From a virus (Duplodnaviria > Caudoviricetes), in IMG/VR virus record IMGVR_UViG_3300048599_000907, positions 1 to 32,681 of that record: a DNA stretch of 32,681 nucleotides; one strand, given 5' to 3'. The translations under genes were made by a program, and so were the position numbers. Under the pieces are notes generated by a model. It did not search any database and was not told where the DNA came from. It saw nothing but the letters and a program-made list of their open reading frames with translations. This document shows positions 1 through 8,311 of this stretch, in pieces (position 1 is the first letter of the stretch; each line of letters opens with the position of its first letter).

Positions 1-152
1 TCACTCGGCCGCGCGGGCGAGTTCGCGATTCTCGTCGAGGATCCGCCCGAAGGCGCCTAATGGCAGGGATTGCGCGACCGGCTTCGCAGGGCGGCGCACG
101 GCTCGGAATCGACGCTCGATAATATTTAACGAAAAGAAGGGGGCCGCCACAT

Positions 153-330
153 TGTAATCTATAGCAATCAATGATAAATCCCCAAAATCCCCAAAAACCT
201 TTATAAAATAAGGATTCGTGGCCATTTTCAGGGTTTATTTCATGATAATCGATATCCCTGGAAAACAGCTTGTAAATGCCTATTTTATGGCCCTTTTTCT
301 GGTATCCTGTTACCATTCTTGTTACCTTGA
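153..330. repeat. Probable prophage end with short repeats (candidate transposase-binding sites)
   Basis: TGTAATC at 153; tandem AATCCCCAA x2 (177-194); TTTTCAGGG (225-233) vs CCCTGGAAAA (256-265) inverted; TGTTACC x2 (308-314, 320-326). Mu-type ends begin with TG. Confidence 0.4.
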
Positions 331-354
331 CGATTCTATGAAAAGAGGTATACT
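327..354 (+). promoter_or_regulatory. Sigma70-like promoter pointing at the 3' end of the MuF gene
   Basis: TTGACG (327-332), 16-nt spacer, TATACT (349-354). Confidence 0.5.
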
Positions 355-384
355 TAATAATGATCGCTGGATTATTCCTGCGAG

Positions 385-438
385 AAAGAAAGGCGCGAAG
401 CACCCACTGCTTTTGGGTGTTTGAGCGCCTTTTCTTTT
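385..438. terminator. Long, probably bidirectional intrinsic terminator downstream of MuF
   Basis: AAGGCGC-GAAGCACCCA / TGGGTGTTT-GA-GCGCCTT stem, with a T-rich tail on both strands. Confidence 0.65.
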
Positions 439-1928
439 TACCGGAGAAAATCACCTTTATTGATCGTTTTACGGTCGAATACCCATGTTTTGTCCTGCCA
501 TTTCAAGATTACCTTTTGGGCCATATTCTTGAACATGCCTCTGTAGATACCTTTCTCAATATCCTCTTTCGACATCTCCGGAAGCGCATGAATAATTATC
601 GTCCTGGCGTGTTGCGATCTTCCCGCTTCGGTTATCTCGTTCTTTATACTGGTCCATTCGGGTACTGTTTGCCTTTTCATTTCTCCTATCTCATTATTGA
701 TAAGCATATCGGGGCTTTTCATGTTGTTTTGAGGAAGTAGGTATATCTGATTACCGTCTTTCGCAAGGTCTGTTGCGTCGGCTATTTCCTGCTGAGAAAA
801 CATGCCATTTTTTGCTTTTTCGAGATACCCGCCATTCTTGAATTCCGAAATACGCGAATAGCCATTGAGCATTTCGGTCTGATAATTCGTCATGCCGAGA
901 TCGTGAGCCTGCTGCAGGATATCACCGATTATTCCGTACTTCTCGGCCCTTTGAATCATCCCGTCCGTGAGTTTCCACCAGCTCTCTTTTTCGATCGGAT
1001 TACCGCCAAATCCTTTCATCGGTTTAAATGTTTTTCGGAGGTCGGTCATGCTGGGATTTTCTACCTGAACGGTCCGACCTATCTCTGATTTTCTTACCGC
1101 GCGAATACTGTCACGGCAACCGTAATGATAGGGAGGAAATCCGTATATTTTCCAGAAAGGATGATTTGCCGGCATGGCAATTCCATATCCGGACGCAGAG
1201 AGAAGCGCTCGGCAAATTGCGGTAGTTCTATTGTCATCAATGATGAATAGCTGATATGCAGGCGGACTCGTTTTCTCGTACTGCATGAGCTTTCCGGAAA
1301 CATAGCAACTCTGAATATTCGTCCGATAAACAGTTTCCCAATAGCCCGGTTTCCACTCGTATGCTCCTTCTTCTTTCGCGATAGCCTTGATGTCAGCCCA
1401 TGATTTTGCGAAGCCTTCACCGTTTTCTACGGCCGAAAGAAGACGACCGCGAACTGCTTCTATATAGTCAACTTCGCTGAGTCTCGCAACTGTGAAGGCG
1501 CGAAATCGCAGTTTTGGTTCAAGAGCCGACCATTCCCTTTTCGTCAAAGGTACTTTTCCCTTGAGCATGGAAACGGCCTCTTCGAACGGTAAAAGCTCAT
1601 CGAGGGATGTAGAAATATTCGGGATCGATTCATCTGCGGCCATGATTGTCTTCGTCGCATGATCCATGCCAAGAAGTAATGCAGACGCGAAAAGCCGCTC
1701 TGCATTTACGACGAGATCTTCATTGATTTCTGGATACGGAAGCTGCGAAAGGACCTCTTTACTTGGCGGTGATCCATCAGGAGAAAGATCATTTATCCAG
1801 GTTGATACGGATTTTCCGAGCTGTTCTTCTACCCGTTTTTTTCCGGCGTCCGCCAGCGAATCAACTTCTCTTGACTTGGCCGTTTCGTCTTCTACAGGAT
1901 TCGAATTTCCGTTCGTTGCTTCAGGACT
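438..1928 (-). CDS. MuF (Mu gpF/SPP1 gp7-like) head protein with C-terminal PD-(D/E)xK CdiA-like nuclease; frame open from the A9 run, probably translated as a portal fusion
   Basis: MuF motifs RAFTVA, TVYRTNIQS, DDNRTT..C, HPFW...PPYHYGCR; C-terminal KSPDMLINNEIGEMK. The frame stays open 87 codons upstream of the ATG at 1667 with no ATG/GTG/TTG, and that ATG has no SD. Confidence 0.85.
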   Translation of the reverse strand, partial: SPEATNGNSNPVEDETAKSREVDSLADAGKKRVEEQLGKSVSTWINDLSPDGSPPSKEVLSQLPYPEINEDLVVNAERLFASALLLGMDHATKTIMAADESIPNISTSLDELLPFEEAVSMLKGKVPLTKREWSALEPKLRFRAFTVARLSEVDYIEAVRGRLLSAVENGEGFAKSWADIKAIAKEEGAYEWKPGYWETVYRTNIQSCYVSGKLMQYEKTSPPAYQLFIIDDNRTTAICRALLSASGYGIAMPANHPFWKIYGFPPYHYGCRDSIRAVRKSEIGRTVQVENPSMTDLRKTFKPMKGFGGNPIEKESWWKLTDGMIQRAEKYGIIGDILQQAHDLGMTNYQTEMLNGYSRISEFKNGGYLEKAKNGMFSQQEIADATDLAKDGNQIYLLPQNNMKSPDMLINNEIGEMKRQTVPEWTSIKNEITEAGRSQHARTIIIHALPEMSKEDIEKGIYRGMFKNMAQKVILKWQDKTWVFDRKTINKGDFLR

Positions 1929-3151
1929 TTTTTTTTACCGGAGTCAGACAGGTTTTTTTCTGTCTGATTTGGTGCTCCGGGTGAGCTTGTTTTCAAAAAA
2001 GAATCCGACGCGTCGCGGGGCTTTGGCAATCCGTAGACGGTATAGAGAGCATCTTTACTGACCTCGACGCCGCTTTCGATCGCCTTGATTACCTGGTCAA
2101 AGGATGCCCTCCGGTTCACATCGAACTCTATCTGCGGGGCTACCACGGATTCGCCGTAATTCAGCTCTACCATCCAGTTGATGATCTTCTGCATAACGGT
2201 CTGTATTTCAAGGGCGATTCCCTTTGCGTCTTCATAAAAGAGATCTGCCTGAACCTCTCCGAGCGCGAGGCTTCCGCCTTCGGTTTTTGACGTGGCGATC
2301 GACTGGCCGGTGAGTCCGTAGGATATCTGCGTGTCGCAGGCATCGACCAGGGAAGAGAAGTCGATAAGATCGCCGCTCATTCCGACTTCCTTGATGTCGC
2401 TCACGTTCCCGACGGCCGCCGCCGAACCGGACGAAATAGAAAGGAGTTGCGAAGCGATGAGGTTTGCGCGCTCCTGGGTAGCCGACGGATCACCGTCAAA
2501 CTGGAAAAGCGCAATAATGGTTTTTACCGAGAATTTCTCGGTCGCCTGGAGCCAAAAATCATACCCGGCCCGTTTGAACATGTAGGCCCAGTATACGCAC
2601 CGGAGAACACTTGTGCCGTACGGATTCTCGTCGTCCGGATCGTGATGATAGAAAAGCCATTTATAATTCTGATCGAGTTTTGACCGACCGCCGAGCGAGT
2701 TCCAGTAGCAATTCCATTCGTGATCGAAATAGAATCTGTCGGGTTTTCTGGTGATGATGTTGTCCGGCACCCACAAGCCGTTTTCGGTATTCCAGACAAC
2801 CTCGGATACCGAAAAACCGTAATCCAGAGCCGATAGCATTCTTTTCATCTTCGCATAGAGCTTCTGGGTCAGAAGTTTGTTTTTCGAGACGAACTCAAAC
2901 ACTTCGTCCGGGCACAATTCCGGCTGAGTAATTCTGACCGGAAAATTGAGCGCGGTTGTCTTCAGCTTGTTAAGGAGAGATTTTATTCTCGGGTCGGTTT
3001 TCATCATCCGATACGTCTCGTAAGACGTTAAAGTACCGGCCACGATGTCGTCGGGATTCGGCATATATTGCAGGAATGAGCCGAGTACGCTATCGGTAAT
3101 GACTTGCGTGGTGAGGGTCTGTTTCTGCTCGTTCGTAATGTTCTTTTTCAT
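1892..3151 (-). CDS. Portal protein (Mu gp29/DUF935-like)
   Basis: DPRIKSLL, ALDYGFSVSEVVW, NPYGTSVLR and GSLALGEV motifs; follows terminase; AGGAGG before ATG at 3151. Confidence 0.9.
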   Translation of the reverse strand: MKKNITNEQKQTLTTQVITDSVLGSFLQYMPNPDDIVAGTLTSYETYRMMKTDPRIKSLLNKLKTTALNFPVRITQPELCPDEVFEFVSKNKLLTQKLYAKMKRMLSALDYGFSVSEVVWNTENGLWVPDNIITRKPDRFYFDHEWNCYWNSLGGRSKLDQNYKWLFYHHDPDDENPYGTSVLRCVYWAYMFKRAGYDFWLQATEKFSVKTIIALFQFDGDPSATQERANLIASQLLSISSGSAAAVGNVSDIKEVGMSGDLIDFSSLVDACDTQISYGLTGQSIATSKTEGGSLALGEVQADLFYEDAKGIALEIQTVMQKIINWMVELNYGESVVAPQIEFDVNRRASFDQVIKAIESGVEVSKDALYTVYGLPKPRDASDSFLKTSSPGAPNQTEKNLSDSGKKKVLKQRTEIRIL

Positions 3152-3153
3152 GA

Positions 3154-4698
3154 TTACCACCTCCTGACGCGGTTAATAATGGATTGAGCGGTCGTTCTGA
3201 CGGTGTTTCCGACCGGTACGATGATCGGCGCGGAGCCGCCGGACGGGATCACCCTGACGGCTAATTCAAGCGCATCGCAACGATCGTCGAACGCGCCCTT
3301 CGGGAATTGGGTCAACTCATCGCGAAGGTCCCGAGAGCCTTCCTTCCGTATTCTGATGATTCCGTTTTCGATCAGCGGGGAAATTGAGCGAACGCGAGAC
3401 TCTTTCGACATCCCTCTTGTCTGCAGTTTCTTTATTGGCAAATAGATATTTTGCTCCGCGGCGAGTTTCATGATGTAGTTCCCGTAGATGCCTGAAAACG
3501 CCACTTCTTCCCAGCCGATCAGCTCGAAATGAAACCGTTTGTGCATCAGAATAAGCTGGTTGCACGTTTCTGTTTCCGAGCAAGCTTTCCCCCAACAGTC
3601 GAGATCCCAGATGGTTCCGGTTTTCTCAACGCCGATCGCTTCCATGGCCGTGCGATCGTGCTTTCCGGTCGCGGGGTCTACGCCGCAAAATGTTCTCATC
3701 CGATCAATAGTGGCGCGCTCGTTCATCACGTACCAGTTACGCTCTATCCATTCCGGCTTGATTATTCGTTCTTCATCGCTCAACGGCTCATTGCAGTATT
3801 CCGTGCTGAATACGTCGAACCCGAGCTGTTGCCGTTTTTCTTCGAGCGCTTCGGCGCTCCAGTATTCCGGCCAAAGCGGGGACCCGTCCGGGCGAATGCA
3901 TGAAAGGCGAACGGCTATCCAGCGCTTGAGCGTACCTTCCTCTACCTCGCGCATAAGCCGGGATATCGGATCGTCGTTATGGAAAATGGTGTTTACCCAG
4001 ATTACGAAAGCCGTTTTACCAAGGTTAAAAACAACTTTTTTCAGCCATCTATAGATCTTGTCGCGCTGCGACGGCGACTCGACGGCATCATCTTTGAGAA
4101 CATCATCAAGAATGATAAGGTCAGGTCGATACTGCTTGAATCGCGTTCCGCGCATCGATGCACCGGAGCCCTTTGCCTGGACACACGCGCCGTTACCCAG
4201 TTCGATACGATCGTCTCGCCATATCTGACCTTTCAAGTCACCATAATCGTCGAGAATCATTTCGTTCTCTTCGATTTCGCGCTTTATGTTGATGAGGTTT
4301 TCTTTTGCGGAATCCGCTGATGCTCCAATAAGAAGGATGTATTTTCGTTTTCCCGTCAAAGCGCACCAAAGCGTATAGGCAAATGACCATCGTACTGTTT
4401 TTCCATGCTCGCGCGGCTCGATGAACATCGCACCGGCGAGATGTTCGGTTTGCCGGAGTAGTTTCCGATATTGCTCTGCGACGAACGGTTCAAGCTTTTT
4501 CGCGGTATCGGCTGAAAGGGATTGCGTGTCGGCGACATCATAAAGTATTTGCTGGTACTCAGCGGGATCGGTAAAGAAATAATCCGGCAAATACGTCCGG
4601 CAGAAAAAACCGAAATCTTTCTTTGCCCGGTTCAGGCGCTTGCGTTTCTCTATCGATGAATCGGATTTTCCGACAAGCTCTTCAAGCAATTCAGCCAT
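3154..4698 (-). CDS. terL: Terminase large subunit
   Basis: Walker A PREHGKT, Walker B LIILDD, RG..RPD, nuclease motifs GVDPA and FP....DD..DA. Confidence 0.93.
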   Translation of the reverse strand: MAELLEELVGKSDSSIEKRKRLNRAKKDFGFFCRTYLPDYFFTDPAEYQQILYDVADTQSLSADTAKKLEPFVAEQYRKLLRQTEHLAGAMFIEPREHGKTVRWSFAYTLWCALTGKRKYILLIGASADSAKENLINIKREIEENEMILDDYGDLKGQIWRDDRIELGNGACVQAKGSGASMRGTRFKQYRPDLIILDDVLKDDAVESPSQRDKIYRWLKKVVFNLGKTAFVIWVNTIFHNDDPISRLMREVEEGTLKRWIAVRLSCIRPDGSPLWPEYWSAEALEEKRQQLGFDVFSTEYCNEPLSDEERIIKPEWIERNWYVMNERATIDRMRTFCGVDPATGKHDRTAMEAIGVEKTGTIWDLDCWGKACSETETCNQLILMHKRFHFELIGWEEVAFSGIYGNYIMKLAAEQNIYLPIKKLQTRGMSKESRVRSISPLIENGIIRIRKEGSRDLRDELTQFPKGAFDDRCDALELAVRVIPSGGSAPIIVPVGNTVRTTAQSIINRVRRW

Positions 4699-5234
4699 TA
4701 TTTCACCTCAGCCGAATCGACTATCGAGCACAGTCGATCCAGTAATTCAGGATCTGATTGAATCGATTTCTGAAGTTCTTCCTTGATTCGCCGCTTTGCT
4801 TTTTCGAGTGCGTCGATAGCCTTGGTACGATAATTTGAAAGTTTTAGTTGTGTCTCAGCGACCTTGCTTGCAGCCTGAATTAACTCTGAAGGATCATCAA
4901 AGTTGATGCTGTCGATTGTGCGAAGATTTGTTGTAAGGAAACTTGCAAGCTGCATCATCATTGCTTCGCTTGCCTCAGTCGCGGGATAATCCTTGAGTAT
5001 CTCCGCCATGGCCTTTGCGCCTTCGATTCCCCTTCTTGCCTCGACTATCTGCTCTTCATGAGTTTTGATCGCGCGCCGAATACCTTCGCGACTTATGGTT
5101 ATCTTGTATCCATTTTCCTGCAGCCACTGATTCACCTCGTCGGTGACATAGACAATGGTCTTCTTCCCGCCATCCCATTTTTCGGCAACGAGTTCCTGAA
5201 GACCGAATTCTTCTACTTTCCCTTTTCGTCCCAT
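4698..5234 (-). CDS. Terminase small subunit (Mu gp27/DUF3486-like)
   Basis: MGRKGKVE start, WLQENGYKITISREGIRR motif, directly upstream of terL; start moved to ATG at 5234. Confidence 0.75.
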   Translation of the reverse strand: MGRKGKVEEFGLQELVAEKWDGGKKTIVYVTDEVNQWLQENGYKITISREGIRRAIKTHEEQIVEARRGIEGAKAMAEILKDYPATEASEAMMMQLASFLTTNLRTIDSINFDDPSELIQAASKVAETQLKLSNYRTKAIDALEKAKRRIKEELQKSIQSDPELLDRLCSIVDSAEVK

Positions 5235-5235
5235 A

Positions 5236-5529
5236 TCATGCCTCGCGGGAAAGAGTAATCCCCGGATCTTCCGGGATATTACCATCGATGAGGTCGATGC
5301 CGGACGGGGCGATCTTGTATCCCACGATCATTTCGCCCGGTTTCAATAGGTGAGGCGTTTGCTTCGTGAGGATATAGCTCTTGTCGGCGAGATAGGCCAA
5401 TGATGCGCGGATATCGTCTGGCTTATAGTATTCGTGCTCGATCATGATGATCGCCATTTCTTCCATTCCGTCGGGATACAGCTCTTTTAAGAGAGAGAGG
5501 AGCTTGCCGCGTAAAATGTTATGTTTCAT
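5236..5529 (-). CDS. Mu gp26-like winged-helix protein
   Basis: 97 aa, R..LL..L / LAYLADK.Y / I.P.G.D pattern; syntenic position before the small terminase. Confidence 0.65.
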   Translation of the reverse strand: MKHNILRGKLLSLLKELYPDGMEEMAIIMIEHEYYKPDDIRASLAYLADKSYILTKQTPHLLKPGEMIVGYKIAPSGIDLIDGNIPEDPGITLSREA

Positions 5530-5942
5530 TCGCCTTTTCCTTTATCCCGCCATAGGTCTATGATTTTGTTCGAGATCCCCGTCATTTGTGTCATAATCAA
5601 ATCAGACAGACGGTTGATCTCGGTTCGCCATCCGGATGTAGTTCTCAAAAACTCTTCTTTCCGTACCGCGTCCTGCTCAAGAATCCGAATGCGTCTTTCA
5701 TGTTCATCGAATCGCTTGTTGGTTTCATCCTGGTATTTTTCAAGTTGATCGATTACCGATTTCTTGAGGCCCTCCATCTGGTCGGCGAATTCTGTTTTCA
5801 TCGCCGCATCGCGCGCGCAATTATCTTTTTCGTTCTTCTGAATCTGGCTGTTAAGCCAAATAATTAGGGGAATGAGAATCACCGTGGCGGCGGTCGGCGC
5901 CCAGGCCTTTAAGCCGGTAAGAAAAACAGTCAGGGCGTCCAT
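5526..5942 (-). CDS. Mu gp25-like membrane-anchored coiled-coil protein
   Basis: N-terminal hydrophobic helix then coiled coil; lies between lysis and packaging genes; ATGA overlap with the next gene. Confidence 0.6.
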   Translation of the reverse strand: MDALTVFLTGLKAWAPTAATVILIPLIIWLNSQIQKNEKDNCARDAAMKTEFADQMEGLKKSVIDQLEKYQDETNKRFDEHERRIRILEQDAVRKEEFLRTTSGWRTEINRLSDLIMTQMTGISNKIIDLWRDKGKGE

Positions 5943-5945
5943 CGG

Positions 5946-6332
5946 TCACCTCACGTACGCATTCGTTATAAAGCCAGCAAAAAAACCTCCCAGAATGGAA
6001 GCAGGTATCGCCCATCCCGGTATTTCTATGCGCGATTGTTCAGCTTTCAATTCTTTATTTATCTGGTCGGATTGAACCCTGTAGTATTCCTTTTTTGGTT
6101 CAGACCCGAGCAATCCGGCCTTGTATCCATCAGCGTACGCCTGATCGATAGATTTGTCGGCTTCATCAACAGCCATATCGATCAGGTGAGCGACTTCGTC
6201 ACTGGTGTATGTTCTGTCCGATTCGAGACCGTAATCGTTCGCGGAAGTCTCGTTTGATTTCGTCGGTTCGTTCGCGGTGAGCGTCAGCGTCAGGGCTATC
6301 GCGCACAAGAGTACGGCTATCAGTCTTTTCAA
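5946..6332 (-). CDS. Exported protein with C-terminal membrane anchor (spanin-like partner)
   Basis: GGAGG then TTG at 6332; signal peptide KRLIAVLLCAIALTLTLTA; C-terminal TM GWAIPASILGGFFAGFI; overlaps the upstream gene in another frame. Confidence 0.6.
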   Translation of the reverse strand: MKRLIAVLLCAIALTLTLTANEPTKSNETSANDYGLESDRTYTSDEVAHLIDMAVDEADKSIDQAYADGYKAGLLGSEPKKEYYRVQSDQINKELKAEQSRIEIPGWAIPASILGGFFAGFITNAYVR

Positions 6333-6489
6333 TTTTTTCCTCCATGTTTTTTTCAGCCTCGCGCGCTGCCGAATCATCGTCGGTGAAATCAGATTTTCGT
6401 CCTTTCCCGAAAAGTATTGCGATCGCTCCTGCGATAAAGGAGGCGATAATTGCCCCGATCAGGGCTAGCTTCTGTTTAGCCGTTGCCAT
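6199..6489 (-). CDS. Inner-membrane spanin-like protein
   Basis: N-terminal TM (LALIGAIIASFIAGAIAILF) followed by a charged helical domain; follows the holin. Confidence 0.6.
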   Translation of the reverse strand: MATAKQKLALIGAIIASFIAGAIAILFGKGRKSDFTDDDSAAREAEKNMEEKIEKTDSRTLVRDSPDADAHRERTDEIKRDFRERLRSRIGQNIHQ

Positions 6490-6760
6490 TTGCCGCTGCC
6501 TTTGCCGCTTCGGATGCGTCCGCCGGGGGCGCGGCATCGTCACCAGGCGAAACCGGCTTGCCGCGGATTCCGGCGAATGTTTCCATCCAGAGGGAAATAT
6601 CGACCGGAGAGAATACCAGCGCCATGAATAGCGCTACCTTGATGACATCGTCCATCGGGATATTGAAAGACGTGAAGACGTTCACGCAAAAACAAAGAAG
6701 GACGAAAAATACCGCGAGAAGTTTTGAAAGAAGCGACAAAGGCTTGCCTTTAAGAATCAT
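6476..6760 (-). CDS. Putative holin
   Basis: Two hydrophobic segments, 94 aa, AGGAGG RBS, ATGA-coupled to the upstream peptidase-like gene. Confidence 0.6.
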   Translation of the reverse strand: MILKGKPLSLLSKLLAVFFVLLCFCVNVFTSFNIPMDDVIKVALFMALVFSPVDISLWMETFAGIRGKPVSPGDDAAPPADASEAAKAAANGNG

Positions 6761-7290
6761 AGAGCTTTCCTCCTGAAATCGGACTGATAGCAGTAAACGA
6801 TTGTGTAAAGGGTCCCCTGTGACGTAATAGCAGGGTTGTGCGGGTCCCACACTAATCGATCGTTATTGTCCACGATTCTGAAATGTATTTTTTGCGGGCC
6901 GTTTTGAGCGATTTTCTGAATGAATGCATCGGCACGCTGAAGCGCGCTTCCCTTCACCCAATCGTACCAGGTGATGATTCCGTTCTTCTTCGTACCGACT
7001 TCGATAAATCTCCCCGGCGCCCCAAGTATCTCGAGTGTTTTATTTGCCAGAACAGCACTTGAGTTCAGGACGTTTTCGCCGTCGATAAGCAAGCGTTTTT
7101 TTCCGGATACAAAGATCGAGTAATCCTTTCCCCAAAGCCAGATAGCATTTATCTGGCTTGTCGTCAGGGCATGTCCAGTCGCTATCTCGGCGATTCCCTG
7201 GGCGCTTCGTGCGAAACATCCCGATGCCTGAATAATGGGAAGACAGTCGGGATTATTCTGGGGCAACAGATCCATCTGTTTTGTATTCAT
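6757..7290 (-). CDS. DUF261-like papain-fold (C39/NlpC-like) peptidase, candidate endolysin
   Basis: IQASGCF (Cys), IHF (His), VWDP motif; first gene of the lysis block. Confidence 0.55.
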   Translation of the reverse strand: MNTKQMDLLPQNNPDCLPIIQASGCFARSAQGIAEIATGHALTTSQINAIWLWGKDYSIFVSGKKRLLIDGENVLNSSAVLANKTLEILGAPGRFIEVGTKKNGIITWYDWVKGSALQRADAFIQKIAQNGPQKIHFRIVDNNDRLVWDPHNPAITSQGTLYTIVYCYQSDFRRKAL

Positions 7291-7338
7291 GGATTAATGG
7301 TAGCGGACATAGACGAGATTCACTCTAAATCAGATAAA
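7291..7338 (-). promoter_or_regulatory. Late promoter (left arm), leaderless
   Basis: TTTATC-N3-TTTAGAGT-N19-TACCAT-N6-ATG; same layout at 19402-19452. Confidence 0.7.
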
Positions 7339-7339
7339 C

Positions 7340-7369
7340 AAAAAAGCGCCCCGGATATTTCCGGGGCGC
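7340..7369 (-). terminator. Intrinsic terminator ending the early/middle operon
   Basis: GCGCCCCGGA-aata-TCCGGGGCGC followed by TTTTTTGTTT on the - strand. Confidence 0.85.
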
Positions 7370-7375
7370 CTGCAT

Positions 7376-7567
7376 TCAAGGATTTGTCTGACTGACTAAT
7401 TCTCTTTTCCACAACATGTATATGTAATTCGCAGCAGTAATAGATTTTAGCATGTCACGCACAAGAGCTAGACAAAACTCGTCAGGAAATCCGGACTTGT
7501 GATAGTTATCAAAAAGGGAAAACATACTAGTCCTAAACTCATCCCATGAAACTCGTTTTTCGTCCAT
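7376..7567 (-). CDS. Hypothetical protein (63 aa)
   Basis: AAAGGT upstream, same strand as the operon, ends before the terminator; AT-rich. Confidence 0.5.
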   Translation of the reverse strand: MDEKRVSWDEFRTSMFSLFDNYHKSGFPDEFCLALVRDMLKSITAANYIYMLWKRELVSQTNP

Positions 7568-7596
7568 TACATACCTTTTGTATGAAAATTATTTTT

Positions 7597-7824
7597 TTAA
7601 TATTCCTTCCCGCAAAAGGGACAAAATACCGGCGTAATACAAACGGTCGTTTTATTTTCCTGAAAAGAACCGTTTCGTTTCTTCTTCCTATACGTCATTG
7701 CGAGGCCGGAAGGTTTCACGGAAAGCTTGTTGCCTCCAAGGGAAAAACCGACATTGACCGATGCTTCCGGGTCTTCGTATTCCTCACGGATAGACTTATT
7801 TACCTTTTCGATACAGTCACACAT
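7597..7824 (-). CDS. Small Cys-rich (Zn-binding) phage protein
   Basis: MCDC...FCPFCG; AAGGAG RBS. Confidence 0.7.
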   Translation of the reverse strand: MCDCIEKVNKSIREEYEDPEASVNVGFSLGGNKLSVKPSGLAMTYRKKKRNGSFQENKTTVCITPVFCPFCGKEY

Positions 7825-7976
7825 ATTTCACTCCTTATTTGTTGATCTAAGTTAGGCGTCTTCCGAAGAAGCGCTGCCAAATGAACTGTGCAGTAAAGAC
7901 CATAAGTATTTGCATTGCCGCATTCATCGATCTCTTTCTGAGAAAGTTCTTTCTTACAATCAATACAATATGCCAT
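7800..7976 (-). CDS. Small Zn-finger-like protein (58 aa, MAYCIDCKKELSQ...YCTVH)
   Basis: Read by hand (below the ORF-track cutoff); GGGAGG RBS; CxxC...CxxH. Confidence 0.6.
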   Translation of the reverse strand: MAYCIDCKKELSQKEIDECGNANTYGLYCTVHLAALLRKTPNLDQQIRSEICVTVSKR

Positions 7977-7992
7977 TCGTTCCTCCCGCGTG

Positions 7993-8172
7993 TTATGCGC
8001 CGCCTTTCTTTTTGTTCAACTCGGCGTAAATCTGTTTTTCCATTCCGTCAAGTTCGTGCCGCGCCCGAGCGATCATCCCGAGTGCAAGATTCGGTGATGC
8101 TGTGCATCGCACGGATAACTTGTCATCATAATCGACGCTCGAAACCTTAATCATTAAAACCTGTTCATCCAT
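7993..8172 (-). CDS. Hypothetical cassette protein (59 aa, MDEQVLMIKVSS...KKKGGA)
   Basis: Read by hand; AAAGGA RBS; the stop TAA lies inside GCATAAC (attC R''-type box). Confidence 0.65.
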   Translation of the reverse strand: MDEQVLMIKVSSVDYDDKLSVRCTASPNLALGMIARARHELDGMEKQIYAELNKKKGGA

Positions 8173-8249
8173 ATTTATATCCTTTCCGATAAATCCGGCT
8201 TGGCGTGTGTCGGCATAGTGCGCTTGCGCGGTATGCCGCTAAAACGTCC

Positions 8250-8311
8250 GCATAACATTTGCTTAACCTGCGACGACGTTAGTCGGAGTCAGGTTGAAGC
8301 TGTTGTTGGAT
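8250..8311 (-). mobile_element. attC: Integron attC recombination site (62 bp)
   Basis: Minus strand: R'' ATCCAAC, 5-nt spacer, L'' CTTCAACC, TGAC-TCCGACTAACGTCGTC-GCA, L' GGTTAAG, 5-nt spacer, R' GTTATGC. The extra C in L'' and the extra A give the two canonical extrahelical bases. Confidence 0.85.

Noticed and set aside
1-225. 74-aa ORF as MuF immunity gene
   Set aside because: No SD, separated from MuF by a terminator, and it spans the probable prophage end.
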